Below are positions 11,991 to 24,829 of a DNA stretch of 64,000 nucleotides, piece by piece. The first letter of the stretch is position 1, and each line of letters opens with the position of its first letter. The position numbers and the translations under genes are program-made. The stretch is taken from the NCBI RefSeq assembly GCF_036588685.1, contig NC_086382.1:5642001-5706000 (forward strand), read 5' to 3'. The notes under the pieces were generated by a model that was given only the letters and a program-made list of their open reading frames with translations, was not told where the DNA came from and ran no database searches. This DNA is from Mytilus trossulus. Taxonomy: Eukaryota.

Positions 11991-13616
11991 CTAATCAAGT
12001 AAAAAAGCTAACTAAAGTACGACATTGAAGAGCATTTATTATCGAAAATTCGAAAGATTTTGCCAAATACTTTCCCGCCTATAATATGTTAGGGGTTATT
12101 GATAAAGATATCATAAAGAACAGGATCTCATTGAAGAATTTTGACCTGTTTGCACGCACCATATATTCAGGCTTAGTACTTCTTGTATGTCTTTTTAATT
12201 ATGTTAATTTAAATGGGACAAATTTCCTTTAAGGATTATGTACCCTTGTGTTGATTCAATGCTAAACATATGGAATTTTTATTGAAAATCCACAGCATTC
12301 ATCCTTTTTCTCTCATATGTGGCAATTTCATGACTGATGGATATAAGATTATTGGATGCAGTACTAGCATTGATGTCCTGAAAACGAACTAAAGAAAGGA
12401 AGCTATTGGTGAAAATTAATTAAAATATGAACCAAATCAAGTACACCTTTGTATTTTGGAATTTATAGGTTACTTAGAACGTTTGGGAAAAAATAAACAC
12501 TAGCACATCATAGAAAAGCCCGTGAGTAATCTATGTTTCAAATTTTATAACAACAATCTCTGTATAAAAGTTTGTGGGTTTTCTATAAAAATCTTGGTTT
12601 AATTGTCACAAAGTACTCTGTTTCTATTAAATGCAACAACACAATTAATAATAATACTTTGCATGAAGTTTCCCCTTGGTATATGTACAAAATGGCCTAT
12701 CTCTATTATTCATTACATCTGTAGTTTTCAAACAATTGAAGTTTGAAAAATTCGTACAAAAATGGTTATAGAAGGGGTCATAAACCTTAATTTCGTTTGC
12801 ATAACTACTAAAGTGTATACTCTAAATATATATATTAAACCATGACCCGCCATAACCTTATTCCTAAATAAAAGTAATTTCACATGTTTTAGCCATTCAT
12901 GTGGGTATTCAATTATACCAATAACATAGTGTCGCGATAGTTACGCTTCTAAATAAGTTCATTATGACATGATCTCTCACGATCTAGTTCACTGTAATAA
13001 AAAAATCAGATCTTGATCTTTCACATTGTGCAGTTGATATGCCGAGAAAAGGAGTTAATCAACAAGGCTATAGTGATTTAACTATTGTTTCACCCTCAAC
13101 TCATATAAAGTCCCTGTCACATGGTAATCATTTACTCTTACATGTTCATCGGAATGTGTCAAGGTTTGCCTATTTTTGTATTGGACATAAGTAATGATTA
13201 AAGTGCTTTATAAAAAAGATGTGTATGCGTTCTGGATATATAATCTGTTTATCTTGATAACAATAAGCTGCCTGATATTTGTATAAGAATGCAAACCATA
13301 CGAATGTCTCACATGTCTCACTGACAATCCTACCACATGTATTTGTTTGTATATGTCAAAAGAACATTTGATTAATACAATAATTTTGAAATATAAAGTA
13401 ATAATCTTAACGGAACATATCAAAATTTGCTAAGTTTCAACTAGTGAAGTATCCAATGTATATATTTAATGCACCTTTTTTCTTTTCATTACTTGTTAAA
13501 GATCGTTATATAACATAACAAAAATCTTTCTGTATTGGTATTAAAATGTACAATTAATTCCATAAGGCTTATTGATATATCTCTCTCTATCTAAATATCT
13601 GCGGTACAGACGAAGT

Positions 13617-13750
13617 AAAATTGAGAATGGAAATGGGGAATGTGTCAAAGAGACAACCCAACCATAGAAATAAAAAAACAGCAGAAGGTCACCAACAGGT
13701 CTTCAATGTAGCGAGAAATTCCCGCACCCGGAGGCGTCCTTCAGCTGGCC
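13617..13750 (-). repeat. Family A short repeat fragment present only in duplication copy A
   Basis: aaaattgagaatggaaatggggaatgtgtcaaagagac... is the reverse complement of family A; absent at the paralogous site ~31666. Confidence 0.75.
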
Positions 13751-13912
13751 ACGTTTACACTCTGTTTGTCCAAAGTCTCTTTGGTGGTTTTATTGTTCTA
13801 TTTTTGTTCTGATGAAATTAGTGCTGGTGGCAGATCTTTTGTTGTGACTTGTTTTTGCCAAATCTATTATTGACTAAGAACGAATATTAAGAGCTTTGTT
13901 ATTGTACAGATA

Positions 13913-14117
13913 CTGTGGATTCATTATTAGTGGGATACCAATTTTCGTGGCTTTCGTTGGTACTGGTAAACAACGAAGTAAAATATTCAACGAATAACAA
14001 ATTTTCTATAGGCTTGTATGTAGAATTCGGCAAAACCACGAAATTAAATATCCACGAACTTGCAAGTTTTCCATAACCCACGAAAATTGGTACCCACGAA
14101 TATAAATGAATCCACAG
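13913..14117. mobile_element. 205-bp MITE with TA target-site duplication (Tc1/mariner-type)
   Basis: TA|ctgtggattcatt ... aatgaatccacag|TA; the paralogous site at ~31838 is empty and reads gaTAcct. Confidence 0.9.
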
Positions 14118-14256
14118 TACCTTTTTCGAAGACTATCTATTTTGGGATTGTTTTTGTTTCTCGTTTGGTTACTATCTCATTGAAGTGTATACCGTCTACA
14201 TCACTACTCAATGCATAATACACCTTAACTCAATGTCACTGTTTTGAATCGATTTC

Positions 14257-14445
14257 AGTTAAGTATGGCGTTCATTATCACTCAATTAGTATATACATTT
14301 GTTTAGGGGCCATCTGAAGGACACCTCCGGGTTCGGGATTTTCTCGCTGCATTGAAGACCTGTTGGTGACCTACTACTATCGTCTTCTCTATGGTCGGGT
14401 TGTTGTCTCTTTGACACATTCCCCATTTCTATTCTCAATTTTATT
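14257..14445 (+). repeat. Family A short dispersed repeat (shared by duplication copies A and B)
   Basis: Matches 31978-32166; absent from the third paralogous block at ~25188; further partial copy at ~21690-21760. Confidence 0.8.
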
Positions 14446-14513
14446 CTGATATTTTATTTCATTACAATACAAATATCAATAACTCATGTATTAGTTTATT
14501 TTAAAGTAACAGC

Positions 14514-14838
14514 TTATTAAATTCCATATATACGTATACTGGAACATTCGAACAATGAAATATTAAAGAAAACGATTAGTATTTTGTTTAAAGCATATCA
14601 CCCAATGACCTCCAGTAATTGTATTGTCGATATCTGGTTAAGGAATGATACGGGTAAGTTGCCAAACACAATCACTTTTGAAACAATATCAGTTCTTATA
14701 CAAGTCTTTCAAAATGTGTAAAGACACGTTAAACATTTTGGATGTAATAATGTTCAGACAAACAGTACACGTCAACAAATTCTCAAAGTCTTCTTTTAAA
14801 GATTCAACTTATTCCTTCACGTTAAACGAAGTCGCCTT
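14514..14838 (-). pseudogene. Internally collapsed TRIM relic (N-terminal RING segment fused to the last ~50 codons)
   Basis: 14690-14836 reads on the minus strand as ATSFNVKE*VESLKEDFENLLTCTVCLN..; 14514-14663 matches TRIM 3' ends (tatactggaac..ttagtatt..atcaccca..ccagt.attgtattgtcgatatctg); ~1.6 kb of the middle is missing. Confidence 0.75.
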
Positions 14839-15006
14839 TTATCCTTGTTACTGACATTCCTAGATAACAAATCTCAATATGTATCTATGTAATGCTTTAT
14901 TGAACAAAATTAATAAAAGAAAAAAGTTACAGAGACGTTTTCAAAAATCATTATTTGAAAGAAAAATGCAGTATTTTAAAACCCATATAGTTATGATAAA
15001 TGTAGC

Positions 15007-16944
15007 TTATTCAATTTCACATACTAGCACTGGACCTGCCGATGCATGAAATGTTAAGAGAAATCGGTTAGTATTTCGCTTGAAGCGCATCACCCAAGGA
15101 CATCCAGTTATTGTACTATCGATATCTGATACTGGTATAATACGGATGAGTTGTCCAGTAGGGGTCAGCTGATGAATGTTGTTTGAGGAGTATCCTACAA
15201 CGTACATATTCCCTTCTTCATCAATTTCCTGATTGTACGGATCTGATAAATTACTGTGTTTATACTCAAAACCTTTACCCAACGCTGACTCAAATTTAAT
15301 AGAGTGGTCTACATTTCTATAAATGTACTCATTTTTCTTGTAACAAGTGACAAATCGTGTGTCTGCGCTTGTTGGTAATTCTTTTATTTTAGCACCTGTT
15401 GCAGCGGTTAACCATGAAATAGAATTATCGTAAGTAGTTATGAATTCATCTTCTACCAAACATAATCCCCACACAGGAGCATTAATATCTAAAGTCTTTA
15501 CCAAAGTTAACGGTTTTACGTTAACTATACAAATCTTCCGTGCATAAGAAGACACGGCTACAGTCCGATCGTTCACTTTACAGATATCTGTAGGATCGGT
15601 CGGAATGTCCAATACTTCTTTTAGCTTCCCGGTTATGTCATGACAAACTATCCTGTTTCGATTATAGTCGGTTATAATGATATCGTCGTTAAAGAATATA
15701 CCACTGATGCAACTACCTTTAATGTCAATTGTAAATATTACTTTTATCTGTCCAGTATGAAAGTTTATAGCCTTAAATCCAGGAAGAGACGGTCTTGTTT
15801 CGTTTAAATGTAGGCGACCGAGGCATTCAATATTTGAAACAGTGTTTGTAGCTTCGAATTCTACCGATAAGTCCTTAATTTCTTTTACAACTTTAAACAA
15901 ATCATTTTCAAACTGTGGCATTCTCCTGGAAATCTCCTCCATTTTGACCAAGCATTGTATATCAGACCCTTGTGACAAACACGCTTCAAATATATTCTTC
16001 CAATGATCAAAAGTATTCTTCAAAACCGATAGTTCAGTAGAATCTTCACTTAGTCTGTGAAGATGTTGTTGTCTTGTACTATTTACCTCTTCTCTTATTT
16101 CATTTTCCATTTTATCCAATTTGTCATTTAATCTTTTACGCATGTTTGCAATTTCTACCAAGACGATATCTATTTCATTTTTGAAATGTGTTGTATTCTG
16201 ATTTCGATTTTTAATAATATCTTCTATTGTTTTACTTCTTTTTACTAACTTTTTGGTAAGTTCCTGCGCATGTGTAGATAGCTTCACACCGGAAACAGCT
16301 GTATCTATGGTAACCACGTGTTCACATTTCCTATGGTGAATAGTGGCACAAACGGTACAACATGACTGGGAGTGATCTTTGCAGTATATTTCGATTGTCT
16401 TGTCTGGATGTTCATCACAAGCAACAAACGCACACACATTTGAACAAGACACATCTTCAATTATGTTTTCAATCGGTACTATCTTATGATTTCGAGACAC
16501 TTTAAAAGTTTTATGATTTGTTTCACACGTATCGCAATATGCTTCTTCACAACCCATACACCATGATGTTGCTTCTTCTTCGGAAACACCTTTACTGGTA
16601 CAAGCATCGCAAAATTTCTCAGCTTTCTTCATTGCTTTTCTATCGATCATCGAAACGACAAAATGATTTCCTGGCAAATTTTTAGCCCATGTCTCAGGAT
16701 TCTCAGTACTGTCTCCAATATGTACAAGGCGATGACATATTGGGCATTTGAATCCCTCTTGGTTTTGTTCCTTCACGGTAGAAACAATATACGTACTTAT
16801 ACAGCTCTCACAAAACGTGTGTAGGCACGGCAAATACTTCGGCTGTTTAAATGTTTCTTCACAAATAGTACACGTTAATAATTCGGAAAAATCTTCATTG
16901 ATAGGTGTAATTTCTTCTTCTACCAAATTAATCGAAGTTGCCAT
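15007..16944 (-). CDS. TRIM protein copy 2, 645 aa, intact
   Basis: Long ORF with RING, two B-boxes, coiled coil and propeller-like C-terminus; paralogue of copy 1. Confidence 0.92.
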   Translation of the reverse strand: MATSINLVEEEITPINEDFSELLTCTICEETFKQPKYLPCLHTFCESCISTYIVSTVKEQNQEGFKCPICHRLVHIGDSTENPETWAKNLPGNHFVVSMIDRKAMKKAEKFCDACTSKGVSEEEATSWCMGCEEAYCDTCETNHKTFKVSRNHKIVPIENIIEDVSCSNVCAFVACDEHPDKTIEIYCKDHSQSCCTVCATIHHRKCEHVVTIDTAVSGVKLSTHAQELTKKLVKRSKTIEDIIKNRNQNTTHFKNEIDIVLVEIANMRKRLNDKLDKMENEIREEVNSTRQQHLHRLSEDSTELSVLKNTFDHWKNIFEACLSQGSDIQCLVKMEEISRRMPQFENDLFKVVKEIKDLSVEFEATNTVSNIECLGRLHLNETRPSLPGFKAINFHTGQIKVIFTIDIKGSCISGIFFNDDIIITDYNRNRIVCHDITGKLKEVLDIPTDPTDICKVNDRTVAVSSYARKICIVNVKPLTLVKTLDINAPVWGLCLVEDEFITTYDNSISWLTAATGAKIKELPTSADTRFVTCYKKNEYIYRNVDHSIKFESALGKGFEYKHSNLSDPYNQEIDEEGNMYVVGYSSNNIHQLTPTGQLIRIIPVSDIDSTITGCPWVMRFKRNTNRFLLTFHASAGPVLVCEIE

Positions 16945-18937
16945 TTGTCTCCTGATAAAAGTTCCTAGTTCAAATACCGACTAATATCTGTACAACAATA
17001 TGTATATATATATATTATAATGTTAAGTGTACCGATAAATATAGTTTGTCGTCTACAAATTCATAATTAATTTGTGAATGATTATGCTTGCTGAAACGGT
17101 CTGTCTATATTCATTACAAAATCACTAGCGAGAATGTTCTGTAGACTGATTCTTAAAGGAGATATACGTATCATAACGTAATATTTATTAAAAGACGATC
17201 ATCAAATTACATTTCGTAAACACACCACAGTTTAACATACTTTTCATACAATTGTTTGACGGTATTTACCACTATTTTCTTCTTTTATATGCTTTCTCTT
17301 AGAAGCATCCCGGTTTTTTGTGTCTTTAAATGATACTTGTACTGTTCAGAAATAGAAAACAAAGGTCATAGAAATTCTGTAATGTACCATAACCCTTAAC
17401 TAAGATTAAAAATCAAGAAGACCTGACAAGCTTACTTTCTCAAATGTAAATGTATACACTCACATACTCAATTTAGATTTACAAACCAATAACGAATTTG
17501 AGGTTAAGAGAGGCTACCCTAATACATTCTATGTTATATAACTGTTTTTGCTATAGATTCATTATTATTTTATTTTATTTTAGAGAACTAGCTCCTTTTC
17601 CTTCTCCATTTGCATCCAGTTCTGATTAGTTGGTTATTGATAATTAGAAAGTGAAAACTAATTAAATAGCACACTGTTCAGTTTAGTTTCTTATTATGAA
17701 TACCTTATATGTCATTGCACTAGTACTTATACTTCATCAGACCTTATTTTTGTTGATCTGCTCAACTTAATGTACACCATATAATAATTCTAGGTAATAA
17801 AACACCTTTACACGGTATGTATAAGCCCCTAAAAATTCGAAGTGACTTGAAATTTTCCACAGAAAAAGCCCATCTTATGGTTCCATTTTTATATGTATTC
17901 GTACATTTCTACTATTTCAAAAAAATTGCCCTGTTAAAGCTTTAGTCAAATCTTAGAAATGTTTCGTGTTTAATGCTCTCCAACTTCGTATATGAATTGA
18001 CCGTCCGTCATTATGATTCCAGATGATCAAATCTTGTTTGCGCAAGTACAAACCTAACTTACTAACATTAATTTTATGTTTAACATATATCTAAACATGA
18101 TTACCACCACATTATAATATCAATCATAATTCTGTATCCTGTCGATATGCATATTTTGACATTGCGCAAATTAATTATTACGTCATAACATTTTATATAA
18201 AAACAAATACATTATGATATTGTATCACATGAAGCGGTTACTAGTATCCTGGGCGTTTCAGTTGGTATATTTTTGAGTTTGTTAGATTGCATTCTTATTA
18301 CCTACACCCATTTTGCATATCAAACCAGTGTAAGTCAAGCAAAAAACAAAACCAAAACTTAAATAAATGAAATACGTTACAGATAAATACATAATGAGAA
18401 TATTCAAATAGTTTATCTTTTGATTTAGATCGACCTCATTTTTGCAGTTCTAAAGATTATTTCAAAAGTCAATGACTGCTGATAAAAGTGGTAACTCTAC
18501 TTAAGAAGTAGTTTAAATATGAAAGTTTTATTATAACGATTAAATAAACAAGTAGTTGGTTCAGTGTAAAATAAAGAAAAAGTGATATTCTTTATCAGGT
18601 TTAGTTTATTATCAAAATATTTAGGAGAATTATATTTATTCGACTAATTCTATTAATCCACTTTTTTCAATTATGATTCTATTTGGAAAGAATTTAACAT
18701 GAATATAATTGAGTTTAAAAGAAAGTTTCTTTGGGAGCTTTTTATGAAAGACGTCATGAATTAATATAAATGAAATGTAAAATTCTGCCTTCCTGTTTAT
18801 CATAGCTTTCAAATTCTACAATATCCACATATGAAAATAACACTATAACTCTTGTACATTCGAATTGCTTTTCTTGATTTATGTTCACTCATCGTCGATA
18901 CACATACTTACCTGCATATATCTATACATTTCCCAGG

Positions 18938-19090
18938 GTGGGGTTCGTGTTGTTTATTCTTTAGTTTTCTATGTTGTGTCACGTGTACTATTGTTTTTCT
19001 GTTTGTCTTTTCATTTTTTAGCCATGGCGTTGTCAGTTTGTTTTAGATTTATGAGTTTGACTGTCCCTTTGGTATCTTTCGTCCCTCTTC
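18938..19090 (+). mobile_element. Penelope-like element 3' terminal fragment
   Basis: ggggttcgtgttgtttattctttag...cgtccctct matches 26888-27036. Confidence 0.75.
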
Positions 19091-19450
19091 CCAACTTATT
19101 CGGTATGAAGAGCTTACAGCTACTTTTCACACTTTACAAAACGCGTAAAAGAGAAAGCTGGTAAATCAATCTTTTGTTAAACAGCATCTCAATCTCTTTC
19201 TAACATGAATTTATTGCAAGACATCAAGACCTTATTGATAAATATTCCATATCAATTTCGCAAAAAATACGTGATGGTATTGAAGTATAGATTCTTTGTG
19301 TATTTGTAAACATTGATAATTAGTACATTTTCGGTAATATACTTTTGGTAGGGTTCGGTGATGTGAATTGAGTTCATTACCAAAAAAGAGAGTACATTTA
19401 CAGAATTGTAGACCACACTTTTAAATTTGAATCAATTTCATTCAGTAAGT

Positions 19451-19532
19451 GATAAAAGCCGACAACAGTCAATTCTGTAAAATATTGGGCCTGTTCAATA
19501 TTTTACAGAATGGACTGTTAGAGGCTTATATC
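19451..19532. repeat. Long imperfect palindrome (~37-bp arms, 8-nt loop)
   Basis: aacagtcaattctgtaaaatattg / caatattttacagaatggactgtt pair at 23 of 24 positions and extend outward with mismatches. Confidence 0.75.
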
Positions 19533-20054
19533 TTACATTAAACATTGTTTAACACACACAAAAAGGTTAAACAAAAGAAAAAGCAAGCTAAGATTTATTT
19601 TCATCAGGTATGAAAATTGTTTTGTGAATAATCTTTTCTTGCATTAAAATATATCCTAAATACTGACCCCTTTAAACAGTAGCTCAACTTACAAAAATAG
19701 ACCAAAAAAAAATGCTGCTGAAGGTAAACAAAATGTTGTTGTCCTCTCCTATTAGTTTCTTGTTTATTCTCGGGTTTTATTTTTACTAGGTGAGTGAGAA
19801 GAAAAGAAAAGCATATGAAGACAGGTTCTTGTTGATAAGAAACCTCTGGAGTGACAATATGTCATCACTTGTATTAAAAAAGAACTGGATGTGGTTTCAA
19901 CTCAAGTCATTGTAATGGTCAAAGTTTTAGAATTGGGGCAGCTACTAGTGCTGCTGGTAAGGCAAAAATAGAAGATCATTTGATAAAAACATTTTTTTAT
20001 TTTTTTTTTCACGGCTTTATTGAAGGTACCCCCTCCCTTACCTCACAAATCCTT

Positions 20055-20307
20055 GGGGACACTAAGCTGTTACCATCTGTGTTATGGACAGTTATGAAAT
20101 TTATCACTGGTTGTTTCAAAAATTTCACTCATCCCCCAAGAATTTCTGGTGATAAACTGTCAAATTTCATACAAATTTATTGGGACACTAAGCTGTTACC
20201 ATCTGTGTTATGGACATTTATGAAATTTTATCACTGGTTGTTTCAAAAATTTCACTCATCCCCCAAGAATTTCTGGGGATAAACTGTCAAATTTCATACA
20301 TATTTAT
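20055..20307. repeat. Local tandem duplication, 2 x ~126 bp
   Basis: gggacactaagctgttaccatctgtgttatggac... starts at 20056 and 20182; near-identical. Confidence 0.9.
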
Positions 20308-21004
20308 TCCAACACCAATTCAACATCAACACTACTAGGCTTCCTCATAGCCTCCTCATAGGGTCCTCAGACATGTATAAATATAACTTATATAACATAT
20401 AAGTACCTATATAAAATATATGATTAATATGAACAAATGAAGAGATACCAACATGCAATCAGTTATATTCTTTTGTTGAAACTTTCAAGAGACTAAATAC
20501 CTGAATATCCAGCCCTCTTCCCCCTCCCCTTTTTTCCTTTTTTTGTCTTTCTGCAAGGTCGTGTCACTCTCTTTTCGCTTATTTGTGCATAGAGTTCCTT
20601 GTGGTTTTTAAATGTTACAGAACGTGCAAATCGGACACACGATTGGTTTGTTTGACAGATAAAATGCGGTAATGTCTTCCTTTATTCTGCTTCCCATATT
20701 CATCGTCGTTCATAAGCGAAGTTGCATTATATATAAGTTGCACTTATATCAGACTTAAAAAACAACTTGTAAATCAACACCGAAACCTGAAAATTATAAA
20801 AACTAGTATAGTTCACTAGTTCATGAAGGAAGTTCTAGATTCGCACTTTGTATACAGGATAAGGTAAAGGTTGTTCATGGCCCTTGTATTGCGGCATGAT
20901 CTATCAAATTTTAGAAGCATTACTTTATTGCTTTTTTTTAAATTTTAATTGTAGTTGAAATTGATGTTAAGAAGAATAAGAGCAACACCAGTGGTCAAGT
21001 TTGG

Positions 21005-21320
21005 GGTTAAGGTCATCACTTAAGAAATTTTACGGTCGCCATCATGAGCTGATTGGCCATTACGACAAAAGTGTGTCATAAATCATATCTGATATTCTTC
21101 CTCAGTCATAATAACCTTCCATCATTACCGAACTGAACAAACGGCGGGTGCCGTATACGGTGCAGAAAAAGCTTACCCTTCCGGAGCACCTGATTTCACT
21201 CCCGGTTTTTAGCGGAGTTCGTGTTGTTTCTTAATTATTATTTATAACTGTTGATGTAAATGTCCTTTGGTTTTGTGAGTCTTTGTTTACTGCTTGGTTT
21301 TGATTGTTATTGTCTTTGAT
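21005..21320 (+). mobile_element. Divergent Penelope-like subfamily 3' fragment
   Basis: Encodes LRSSLKKFYGRHHELIGHY, followed by gcttacccttccggagcacctga as in the other PLE tails. Confidence 0.65.
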
Positions 21321-22082
21321 AACCCAAAGACGGACGAGGATAAATCTTTTGAAAAAAGAAATTCATAAAAGCAACAAAAACAAGACTTACTACGAGCATA
21401 ATCAACTTATTGAATAAGTGCTAAAAGAGACAATCTAAAACATAAAGAAAAATGGCTTTGATATAAGTATTCGTAGTGTTAAAATATCAATTTGATTGTG
21501 ACTGTTTTTCTCCCGAAATCGTTTTGATGATTGGCAACATTATTGTATTGGAAGGTGACTTTTATAAAATGTTTTTTTTAAGTGTCATTTGTTCTTTGGT
21601 TGTATTTTTGTTTACATGATGAAAACAATTGGCCTCTGGCTATGTAAGTCTTGTATGATTTTTGATTTTAGATCATTTATATATTTCAGAGTCTAGTATG
21701 ACGTCCATTATCACTGAACTAGTACATAATTTTTTAGTGGCCAGCTGAAGCACTCCTCCTGATCTTATGTAATGTCTTTACTTATTTTTATTATGTTTGA
21801 TATTTGATGTCTGAAACAGACCTATGATTGTTTCTGCTTTATTTATTCACAACCATTATAGAATCGGGAAGATTAAGATAATTGCAATTGTTGTTGAAGA
21901 CTGCATGTTGCCCTTTAGATGTCTTTCGTATTTCTGAATCATTCGTTTTATTGATTTAGCATTGACGAAAAGCCGAAATTTCCATTATATTTACAATACA
22001 TTGCAACTGTAGGTCAACGATTTATATCATTTTCTGATATTCCATTTTTCAATAAATCGAAGATCAGTTAATCAATACCAGT

Positions 22083-24011
22083 TTAATCAATTTCACACAC
22101 TAGCACTGGAGCACGCGATGCATGGAACGTTAAAAGGAACCGGTTAGTATTTCGTTTGAAGCGCATCACCCAGGGACATGTTACTGTATTGTCGATATCT
22201 GATACAGGTATGATACGGATAAGTTGTCCAGTTGGGGTCAGCTGATGGATATTATTTGAATCGTAGTCTACAACGTATACATTCCCGTCTTGGTCAATTT
22301 CCTGGTTAAACGATCTCAAATTACTATGGTTATATTGGAAACCTTTACCTCCAGCTGATTCTAATTCAATAGAGTAAGTACCATTCCTATAAATGTACTC
22401 ATTTTTCTGGTAACAAGTCACGAATCTAGTATCGCATCCTTTTTGTAATTCTTTTATCTTAGCCCCCGTTTCAGAGTTTAACCAAGAAATTGTGTTAGTG
22501 TCAGAAGCAGTAATGTACTCATAATCCACCAAACATAGTCCCCACATTGGAACACTTGTATCTAAGGTCTTTACTAATGTTAACGGTTTAACGTTAATTA
22601 TGAAAATCTTCTGTGCATAAGAAGACACGGCTACAGTTTGATCATTCACCTTAGTGACATCAGTTGGTTCGTTCGGAACGCTCAATACTCCCGTTTGTTT
22701 GCCGGTATTGTCGTGATACGCAACCCTTCTATTATTATAGTCGGTTATAATGATATCGTCGTTAAGGAATATACCACTGATAAAACTACCTCTAATGTCG
22801 ATTGTAAACATAACTTTTATCTTTCCAGTTTGAAAATTTACAGTCTTGAATCCGGGAAGAGACGGTCTTTTTTCAGTAGAAAGAAGGCGACCGAAACTAA
22901 CAGTGTTTGAAATAAAATCTGTAGCTTCGAACTTTATCGATATGTCCTTTATTCCCTGTATAACTTTAGACAAATCATTTTCTAATTGTGGTATTTTCCT
23001 GTAAATCTCCTCCATTTTGACCAAGCATTGTACTTCAGATCCCTGGGATAAACACGCTTCAAACAAATTCTGCCAATGATCAAAGGTACTCTTCAGAAAA
23101 GACAGTTTAGTAGACTCTTCACTTAGTCTGAGAACATTGACCTTTCTAGCACTGTTTACTTCTTCTTTTATTTTGTTTTCTAGTTTTTCCAATTTTTCAT
23201 TCAACTTTTTACGCATGTTTGTTATTTCGACTAAGACAACATCTATATCTGTTTTTAAATTTGCTGAATTTTTATTTCGGTTTTGAATGATTTCTTCTAG
23301 TTTAAAACTTGTTTCTTTCAATTTCGTCAAAAGTTCCTTTGCTTTTAACGATTCCTTAACACCGGCTACAGCTTTATCTATAGTTATAACTTGTTCACAT
23401 TTTCTATGATGTACAGTAGCACAAATGGTACAACATGGTTGGAAATGATCGTTGCAGTATATCTCAATTATCTTATCTGGGTGTTCGTCGCAAGCAACAA
23501 ACGCACAAATATTTGAAATAGGCGTATCTTCATTTATATTTTTGATCGGAACTATCTTGTGATTAAGCGTCACTTTGAAAGTTTTGTGATTGGCTTCACA
23601 TGTATCGCAATATGCCTCCTCACAAACCGTACACCATGTTATTGCCTTCTGAGAAACATTTTTACGACTACAAGCATCGCAAAGTTTCTCGGCTTTCTTC
23701 ATTGATCTTCTATCAATCATAGAAACGACAAAATGATTTCCCGGCAAATTTCTAGCCCACCTTTCAGGTTTCTCCATTTTGTCTCCAATAGGAACACGGC
23801 GACGACAAACTGGGCATTTGAATTCATTTGTGTGTACATCCTTCACGGTTGAAACAATATAGGTATTTATACATGTTTCACAGAAGGTGTGTAAGCACGG
23901 TAAATACTTTGGCTGTTTAAATGTTTCAAGACAAATAGAACATGTCAATAAATCAGCAAAATCTTCTTTTACAGGATCAACTTCTTCGTTTACTTTAACA
24001 GGAGACGCCAT
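22083..24011 (-). CDS. TRIM protein copy 3, 642 aa, intact
   Basis: Long ORF with the same domain motifs as copies 1 and 2. Confidence 0.92.
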   Translation of the reverse strand: MASPVKVNEEVDPVKEDFADLLTCSICLETFKQPKYLPCLHTFCETCINTYIVSTVKDVHTNEFKCPVCRRRVPIGDKMEKPERWARNLPGNHFVVSMIDRRSMKKAEKLCDACSRKNVSQKAITWCTVCEEAYCDTCEANHKTFKVTLNHKIVPIKNINEDTPISNICAFVACDEHPDKIIEIYCNDHFQPCCTICATVHHRKCEQVITIDKAVAGVKESLKAKELLTKLKETSFKLEEIIQNRNKNSANLKTDIDVVLVEITNMRKKLNEKLEKLENKIKEEVNSARKVNVLRLSEESTKLSFLKSTFDHWQNLFEACLSQGSEVQCLVKMEEIYRKIPQLENDLSKVIQGIKDISIKFEATDFISNTVSFGRLLSTEKRPSLPGFKTVNFQTGKIKVMFTIDIRGSFISGIFLNDDIIITDYNNRRVAYHDNTGKQTGVLSVPNEPTDVTKVNDQTVAVSSYAQKIFIINVKPLTLVKTLDTSVPMWGLCLVDYEYITASDTNTISWLNSETGAKIKELQKGCDTRFVTCYQKNEYIYRNGTYSIELESAGGKGFQYNHSNLRSFNQEIDQDGNVYVVDYDSNNIHQLTPTGQLIRIIPVSDIDNTVTCPWVMRFKRNTNRFLLTFHASRAPVLVCEID

Positions 24012-24829
24012 TGTGTCCTAATTAATAAACTTCCTTGTTCCTTGATACCTACCCGATAAATATCTAAATATAAATACTGATTTATGTGTAAAGAGGTCGA
24101 TAGCTAGCCTTCTATTGATAACAAATGCATATATCTATGTTCACTGTAAAAAAAACCATTGTACACCTCAAAATGATCATTATTCTTTTTAAAAGCAACA
24201 TTATAAGATTCATAAGAGTACACAAACGCGACATGCACTTAAAAAAAATCTTAAGAAAAGACACGTTTTACAATTATTAAAGCATGCTACAGTTCAGAAT
24301 ATTTTGACAGTGAAAGGTAATGAGGGCATTCAATTATCTTTCTACAACTAATGAAAAAATTTAATTGGTTTAGGCGAGCGATTTCTTTATAGAACCAAAA
24401 TGAATGCTTTTGTATTTATAATGGACCTCCACTTAATTTAATAATGTGGCGATATTAAAGCCTCAAAATGTGCCTGTAGATGAAAAAATACCATCGTATA
24501 CACGCCTTGTGCATTGGATGGAGCGAAGGGGGAATTTTGGTGATAGATGGCTGATTAACGTCTAGTGGCAAGTTAATATGCATATTTAGGACGAGAATAT
24601 GCTAATGTACTATGAATATTTACGGTTATTTTACCATACCTTATACTAGAATGACATGAATGACATGCTGAGCCGGATTATTAATGTGCTAGTACACAAG
24701 GTACCTGTCCAAAGGACGACATGTCACCTTACACAGACATATATTCCAACTCCGAGCCCATCATTTTATGCTCTTAAGTCTTAAATACGCGTGCTATAAA
24801 AATAATGCATTAGTTAAGATAATTATGAT

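Larger units (their letters stand above)
13154..17460. repeat. Segmental duplication, copy A (TRIM relic + TRIM copy 2 + flanks); partner is 31186-35188
   Basis: Collinear non-coding and coding similarity from atgtgtcaaggtttgcctat (13154/31186) to ...tgacaagcttact...gtatac (~17457/~35184). Confidence 0.9.
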
